A model generated the notes under the pieces. The model saw only the letters and a program-made list of their open reading frames with translations. It did not search any database and was not told the origin of the DNA. From Haliotis rufescens (lineage: Eukaryota): a stretch of DNA of 64,000 bases. Below, in pieces: positions 11,001 through 20,000 of the stretch. Each line of letters opens with the position of its first letter. Positions within the stretch are counted from its first letter, which is position 1. Both the position numbers and the translations under genes were made by a program. The stretch lies in the NCBI RefSeq assembly GCF_023055435.1, contig NW_025964001.1:10044001-10108000 (forward strand). The letters are read 5' to 3'.

Positions 11001-14000
11001 ACGTAAGATTGTCGACAGTTGCAGTCAATTTTGTAAACTACACCTTTAGGCTCTTGGGGTTTGGTTGTGTTCCTGCCGGATCTTGTCACTACATATGTAC
11101 TCATAACAATGTGGGATCTGGGGTAAACTTGGCGACTAAATGGATTGGGACGTTAAGCAGGGTGACTGTTGACTGCGTGTCATCATACTCTGATGGTGTG
11201 GGATGTTAGCATTTACTGAAAATATCAATCGCTGGTTTGTCTAGTGGTCCTGATTTGATTATTTACAGCTGGGGTGTATTGCTGGTTGGGGTGTTGAAAT
11301 ACAAACCAAAAAGCAGAAAATGTGAAGATGTAAAGTGATTAATATGTTAATTGCTGTATATGTATTAAAAAAAAAAAATATGTTTACAATTTCTAAAGGA
11401 AGTGGTTTGTGGCATTATGACAATAATTAAATCATTGTTATTATCATGTGACCAATAATAGTCACACTGTGTATCTTTGCCTGAAATAAATCACATCACA
11501 ATAACAATATAATTAATGTGTATTTCTTTTGAAAACATTTTTGATGAACTTCTCTTTCACAGTGTTTTATTACAGTAAAACACATTAATTCATATTTGAT
11601 CATTGTGGTTTTGTTTACCTGTTATCATAAGTTTACGTCACATTTAGATTCATAAGTGAAATGAAACTTGCGCCATTTATCCCAGTATTACTAAGCTATT
11701 GACTAATAACAATGATAAAGTTAACTGAACGTTCATAATAGTGCTTTCTAAATCATCATGGATAATTGTGAATTATTCAGAATACAAGCTTTTCTTTTGA
11801 TACAGGTGGTGATGATGCAGAGAATTATCAGCTATGTGGCCTACCTGGAGAACACCATTGTCAAACTATGTTCCGAACTGGGTGTCCCCTACTCAAATTC
11901 AATGACATCATTAACGTTACAACTTCGCACTGAAATGGGTCAGTCAATATATTACTTGAAATACTGACAAGCTATAACAACCATGATTTTTCCATCCTCC
12001 ATGTCTCCAACAGCAGATAATTTGAGAACCTGAGAAGTTCAGGAATGGATCCAGGGAGAGCCCTGGAGATGTAGAGGTTGTAGAGAAGTTCCCACTACTT
12101 CATGATTATTGTACTTAGAGCCAACAAAAGTGGGTGATTTGGCTCTGTGACTTGGCTGTCATTTTACCCCATTGACGGTGGATTTGCAGGCTGCCGTGAT
12201 ATAGCTGGAATACATCTTCCTGAGGCAAGGGAGTTAACTGTCTATTAAAGTCCAGCTTCCACACTTGCTGGGCTGGAATTTCCAGGCTCAATCATAGCGC
12301 CACCAGTGGCTATTACAAGTTATGTCCCTCATTCGTCCCTCCTATTGACCAATCACATTCCATCCCTCATATCACTTGCATTTGCTTCAAATAAAATGGC
12401 AGCATCCAGTCAAGATGATCTGATCGATAATCAAGATCTTTATTTTAATAAAACGGGTCTTACCCCGCAAAGTGCATCAAATCACTTGAGCACTTTGACA
12501 AAAAACATGAAAAGATTTGGAAAATATCTGTCAACGCCAAGTTGACAGTACACATGCTTTGCAAATCCAGTAGTCGACCGTAATCTGCACGTTGGAATCG
12601 GATGTCTAGTTCGTTACACGATTTTGATTGGACTATGCATAGACTCATTAGTCCAGCCAAACTGCAACTCTGAAATACCAGCCTAGTTTTGCAAAGGTGG
12701 AAACTGGACTTTTATAGTCAGTTAACGCCTTTGCCTTGGGAACATGGCTGGAATATTGTTGAATTCAGGGTATAACGATAAGCAAGTGTGTGTCATAACC
12801 GATTTCAAAAGTTGAAGTAGATTTAGAATTTTCACGAAGTCACGAAGTGAACAGTAACACCTGAGATGTCGCCATGTTTTGGTGGAGTGAGCATCCCCCG
12901 ACACACACCCTTTGGATCCGCCAGTGGTCTAGATATTGTATGATTAATTTTTTTTCAGATGACATTGATTCTAAGGGAATGTGATATTGTTGACCCTCTT
13001 AAAATACTTGTCTGTTTTGTTGTCACTAAGAAACAATCAGAAATAACAAACTTTAGAAAGTTACATGGTGAGCTGATACTGAAAATGTTGAAAAAGATTT
13101 TATTGAATTGGTTTAGTGATACTTTGGTGAACATTTTCTATTCTCTTTTCTATCGAAGGTGGCTGGCATGTTCCCGAGTATTGAACTACAAATGTTTTGA
13201 ACTGATTTTCGTGATTCACTTGAGTTTGTTTTATCCAGGTTTTACTGTAGGTCACCAAAGTAGAAAAGTTGTAAAACAGGATTTTTGCTAAGGTATTTTA
13301 AACATCAGTTAATGGGGTGTTTTCACAAGTGACATTACCCGTGAAGATCCAGGGTAGAATAGGTCTTCAGCTACCCATGCTTGCCCTAAAAGGTGACTTT
13401 GCTTGTTGTAAGAGGCTACTAACGGGATCGGGTGGTCAGGCTCACTGACTTGATTGATGCATGTCATCGATCCCAATTGCATGGATCAATGCACATGATA
13501 TTAATCACTTGATTGTCTGGTCCAGACTCAATTATTTACAGACCGCAGTCATATAGCTGGAATATTCCTGAGTGCGGCTTTAAACAACAAACCAACCAAC
13601 CAATCACAAGTGACATACTGCAGTGTCTTTACCCCACAAATGGACTGTAGATTGTTTATTAAAGGTTGTATTATTGGTCTCAATATGATCATTCAGTTGT
13701 ATGTAGTTGTATGATCATTAATCGTTTCAGAAAACAGATCTGTTTACACTGACAAAGGAAACAAAAGTAGGAATGAAAGAGACTACATGGTATGTTTTTC
13801 TTGAATTGCAATATAAGGTCTAATGATGTCCTGAAACATTGAGGTAACAAAATAATTTGCAGTCTGTGACGTTTGCCACTGGTCTAAAGCCTAAGTCTAA
13901 TAAAATTCTGTTCAGTCTTGTAAGCTCATATGATAACACTAAACTTTACTGAAGATGATGCCAAAAGCCATGTTTTTGGTGGTAGAATAAAAAAGTTTTT

Positions 14001-17000
14001 GTCACAGAGTAAATTTGTGTTTTAGTACAATCTGTGCCCAAACCTTTTTCAATCCACGCGCCTGAACTTTGCTCTTAGCATCATTTTCACTCGATTTTAC
14101 TGTAAACATGTAGCATTTATTATCTGATTTTTCTAAACCAGACAGAATGTTACTAAACTCAGTCCTCGGAGTTTTGGTTGAAGTTGCAGACTGAATGTAT
14201 CATGAAAGGACATACGGTACTTAAAATCCATTTTCTCAATATGAGGAAAAGTGATGTAAAAATTGTTGAGCATTTGGTTCTTCAAGAGCCCAAATAATTT
14301 TACAAAATATTTTAACATTTTTGCACTCCCAGTAATCTTTTTATTATGACCTGTTACTGTTGTTTCATATCTATCTCTCTGTATCATATTTTGATTTGTC
14401 AATAGAAAAAGACACCCCTGAATGACAAGCGCAGTTTGAGTCGGCGGTTGAAGCTGTCGTCTCCTACAGTAGACTCCACCAGCGACCACCAAGTGCCACA
14501 ACACGTTCCCAGGGCAACAGAGAGCAAAGACTGCTCCCAGGATTCCACAGTGCCAACCTCCTCCTTTCTGCCTTTCTTCAATGACAATGCCGTCGCACCC
14601 TGGTTTGTCAACACGGAGCAGGAGGAGGAAGTTGTCAACTCATGTGAGGACTGTAATATCTCACTCAAATACAGTTTATGCTGGATGTGACGTCAGATGA
14701 AGCAAAGTATTCGATACAACCAAAACAATATTTATCCTTGAGAAGTGGTTTAAAGTGTATTACGTATAGAATTTGGGACGTAATTAACATAGTCATTGGG
14801 CAGCTTTATTATTAATGCTGACTCAAATCCTGGCTCCTGTGTGGAATAAAAAAAAATATAATGTCAAGACAGCTCAAATAAAATTGCAGGTGAAAGCATT
14901 AACTAAACGTTTCATCCATAACCAATCTGATAAAATAAGATCTTTAACACAGATATGAACCCTCTCTGCGTCCATAGAAGGTCGCATAGAACTTTCTCAT
15001 CAGACAAACAGTCTAGGTTTTTAAATTCTCTGTATGAGTGAAGCATCCAGAGCAGCATATCTGATTTCTGTATCTCCGAAATCAATATAATCAAAGGGAT
15101 CTGAATGCAAAAATATACAGCTGTGGTATTATATTGTTGTGGATATTTTATATATCATGTCTCTGACCACCAAAGCATCTACATCCAAAAGGATATACTG
15201 TTGTGTTCGGCGGCGGCTTTCTTTTGCTGACAGCGACTTTTCCGAATAAGGCCAAAAAGAAAAAAGAGATGTAGCTGACATGTGATTTGTTCGAGAATCC
15301 ATGTATCCTTCATTTTGAATATGTGCTGAAAACTTGCTTAGGATTCACGTGATCTAATATAGAGGGTTTGTCAGATCTTCACATTGAGAGGATCCTATCA
15401 TAGTAAAAGATCTGATTTCAATGAGACAAGATTTATCCAAAACAATTGTGTTTATTGTTAACTTGATCCAGAAATGTTTCATTTGATTTAATACATATAG
15501 CATGTTCTGAGAAATGAACTACATTCTGTAAAAGTTTTTGGTAAAAAAAAATGTTCTGTTTTTAACTCTTACAAATTTGTTTTTAGGTGAATATGACCCC
15601 TTCTTCAGTCAAGAAGTTGAAGCAAATGATTGTCTGAGGTTTTCTTCATCTTTGATGGTAAGGCATAGTTTGTATTTTTTCTGAGATTTGTGTGACCTGT
15701 ACATCCTGCTTAGGTATGATACAAATTAGGGAAAAGAGATACATATACTACTTCCACTAAAAATTAGTGAGCGATTTAGTATTGTTTTACACCACTTAAG
15801 CAATATTCCAGCAATATCAAGCCGGGGGACACCAGAAATGTGCTTCACACATTGTACCCATGTGGGGAATCGAACCCGGGTTTTTCGACGTAATAAGAGA
15901 ACACTTTAACCACTAGGCTATCCCGCTGCCCCCACTAAAAATTAGAATGGATATGCCACATTAGATATACATAATGATACATAATTAAGGATGCTGCAGT
16001 GACCATGAAGAAACATTGTCTTCACATATATATTTATAGATAAAGATAGATATACTCTTCAAAAAACAACAATGCAATATTGATATTTTGAGTCATTTAA
16101 AGCAAAATTAGTGGACCAAGAGGTGCAAAATGAAGAGGTTTAATGTGTTATAGTGTAGGTGACAAATTTCCTGGATCAAAATGATCACAACAAGGACATG
16201 AAAACCATTAGTCGGGAAACACGTACAATTCAGAAAAACGCACCCAGTGCATTAACAAAAGGGCCATGGAGCTGCACACACTCCACACTATGAATGGTAT
16301 TAAAGTGCAGGGTTTTTGATTGCCTGGCATCTGCGTCACTCGAACAGTGACAGTTCAACATGCCAAGATTGCAGGCAGGGGAATCCCGATCAGCTGTACC
16401 AGGGTTTCCAATGTAGCGCCCAGCACCATCACAAGGCTATGGGATCGGTTTCAACAGCATGGGTTAAGGTCGGGACGACCAAGAGTAACCACACCCGCCC
16501 AAGATCGCTACATACGACTGAGCCACCTACGTTTAAGAGCAGCAGATCTTAGAGCAAGACATCCTGTTCGACTCATCATATTGAGTCAACAACATCATCA
16601 ACAAAATCTGCATTGGTGTCGACAACAAAGGGTATAGCCTCAACTGTGATGGAGAGATGTCTTGTTCAGTGACGAATCAAGATTTCTCCTCCGTCGAGGG
16701 GATGGAAGAGCACGGGTCAACAGACATCTGGGAGAACGTTATGCTGGAAAGTGCGCACTGGAAGTGGACAGGTTTGATTGGGGTAGCATTATGATGTGGG
16801 CGGCTATCTCTCATGGCAGGACAGGTTTGGTCCCTATCCAGGGCAATCTTACTGCTCAACAATACATCAACGAAATTTTCCTATCGCACATCCTCCCCTG
16901 GCCCTCCAGATCCCGGGATTTGAACGCGATAGAGCACCTGTGGGATGAATTGGATAGACGGCTACGCCGACATCAACCACAACCCCAGAAGCTGCAGCAG

Positions 17001-20000
17001 TTGGCTTTTGCGTTGAAGGGCGAGTCACAGTGAACTACCATTACCCAGGATGTAATTCGCATACTCGTCTCTTCCATTGGCAGGAGATGTCAGGTCGCTA
17101 CCGATTCCAACTGGGGACATAAGCGTTATTGATGGTAGCTGACCTTCACCTTTGACTTTTCCTATGTACCGATAACTGATATGACTACAATCACCAGGTG
17201 TTCTCTCCACAACATTTGGCTCAATACCTTGTATAGTTCCTTGTATAAATGTATTTTCCTACCTCACACAAATCTAGCTTAGCGTTTCTTTTCTTTTTTT
17301 GAAGAGTATAGATAGAGTTTGAGTTAATGCGGTGGCAAGCACTCGCTCACTCACTCACTCACTCGCTCAATTGATTCTCCTGAAACTGTTACAGGAGCCG
17401 AGGTCGCCCCAGCTACCTGCACGCTACTTAAGCCACGTTGTCCCGACCTCCTTGAGTCTCCTGTCCAGCCCTGACCACAGGGAAGGCAACAAGGAGAACA
17501 CAACAACCTTCAACCTCGGGGGCAACATCATGGCAAGTATATACGTGTGACAGGACCCCATGCTCACAGCAGGAGCTGGCAAAATGTGGGACACTATGTT
17601 AACCTGGTTAATTGTGTGTCATTGTATGGGTCACTACTCAGGCTGTCCGCTACGAGTTCTAGATTTGAATTTTCATATAGATTCTTGTTATAGAATTAGA
17701 ATATTGCCTACTGTGACATAAACAGCTTTCACTCATTCAGCTTTCATAAGACAATATAATCAATGTTCATGAATCTTCTTCCCACGAAAGCAAATACTAG
17801 TACACTGGCAAAACCACCAATGTCAGAACATTTTAGTTTTCTTTTGACGCAAAAAGAGTGATATTTATAAATAATTTACCAATGGGAAGCATAAATATAG
17901 GCCCAGATCAGTTAAACAGGTAGAGTATTCTTTTTCTCAATTCAACTAAATTCATTTTTCTGCATCATTATCAGCATGTGTAATTTACCTGTTTAAATTT
18001 TGCTTTGAAAGTAATCGTCTTATTTTCAAGAATATTGGCCAAGTTGATTGGTGCAGAAGTGAGCGAGACACAAGCTTCGACCCTGACCTGCCACATTCTC
18101 AAGCTGTCTCCCCTGACAACGTTTTGCAGACCATCCAGATCCCCTCCTCCTCCTCGGCCTTCCTCTCTCCCCAGCAGTCTTCTCTTGCCTCCAAGTTGGA
18201 CCCACTCACTCCAGGCAGTAGGAAGAACAAACGGAAGCAGTATACACCCAAACGATCTCCATTTAATAACTTAAATATTAACTCAGCTGATACAGGGAAT
18301 CAGCATTATTTTGATGTTGAGGATGATGAACGTTTTCAAATGGAGCCTATTAATTGTGAAGTGGATGCTATTGGAAATGGTACGATGATTTTCATTTACC
18401 ATAGGCCATAATCATAATGTATGCTTTAGTTATTATTGATGGATCATATCTGTATATAAAAACACTTGTTTTGTCAATGTTGATTAAGAATTACATGTGA
18501 TCATACAAATGTAGAAAATATTTTGAGTTGATAATTTCTAAAAAAAATTGCATATACTTATTGGAGCAGGGCACTGACATTGACCTTTCACTACAGAGGA
18601 CCCTGAAGACGTTTCCCTCCAGAGTCTCGGCCTGACTCGCAGCCAGAAGTCCCAGATTGCCCAGCTTCAGTCTCAGAGATACAGGCCTGCCTCGTCAACC
18701 TCATCAGAGGGGTAGGTAGACTGTGTTCAAAATGTCAGAATGTTGGGCCCCTTACAGCACTATTTGTGCTGTATCGATGACTGTCTCATGTTTTCACTTG
18801 GATGGTCAACCACCGTGTCCTGACTGACTGTCATCATTGTTTCCTGGTATGATTACTTCCTGATGATGGACCATCATTGATTCGTCTGGTGCAAGATATA
18901 TTTACAGACAGCCTAGATCTAGCTGTTATATTATGACTACAGCATACATTAATCTGAGCAAGCAGTATTGTAATGTGTAATTAGCTTGTCCACTGAAGCC
19001 ACTTAGGAGGATGGGGGCAGTGTTCTAAGCAGGGGTCCGGAAAATTTAAAATCCCAATCGGACATTTGCATTTAGGCCACGCCCCCTTCAAATAGCGTAT
19101 TTTAGTACAACTTTTCACACACATTACAAGTTTACGTATTCATAATATGATGAATTATGAATTGTTTCAATTTAAATTTTTAATTCACAGGACAATTAAT
19201 AACAAATAATATCATTTTAGATTTACATGGAAAACATACGTTTGTTTCTGTTATAATAACGATCTGTTAACGTAGTGAACGGTCTAATTAATATTCATGA
19301 GTTATATTCATGAGTCTGCTCAAGTGTACGCGTTGTAACATTTGGATCGAGACTATTATCCCATATTTGGTTATCACGTGACCTCACGGGAAAAGTTTTT
19401 TTTAAACTAAAGATTTTTTTAAAAACAAGACAGATAATTTAATCACAAATACTAAAATATCGTTGATAGCAATAGTTATTTGAATACTTTTTTCATCTAT
19501 ACTTAATTATTGACCATAAAAAAATTGGATATCGATCGTCCGAGAAAGCAAAATGGCGGTCAATCAAGATTCAATATACGACTAGCTACTGAAAAACAAT
19601 AAAATCTGCAAATCCTCATTGTATGTCAACCAAGTGAAAGTCGTTAGCCATGACTTACAAAATGATCGTCCAGACTTTGAGGGTTTGGCAGATCCGCTCG
19701 ACTGATCTGCATCGGTCGACTGGCTGTCGTCACGCTTTCGCTTCTTGTCTGAGGTTACGTATTGTAGCATTGTGAGGATAATGAGGTACATCGATGATGC
19801 AAGGTATTAATGTACAGTTGTAAACACCTTTCACTCAAATTAACAAGATGTTCTCAGTAATTAATCCTCGATTAATCAGTGTCAACTCAGTTTATTGCCT
19901 ATTACAGTGATTGATTGATTGGACTATCGTGTAGGTACGATGTATTTACAGCAATCAAAACAAACAAAGCTTGTCAGTGTAGTTAATCTTCATTGTGTTG

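Noticed and set aside
12959-13291. 110-aa ORF after a strong acceptor as an extra MEIOSIN-like exon
   Set aside because: The required phase-1 frame hits a stop within 9 codons and there is no compatible donor; the model closes without it.
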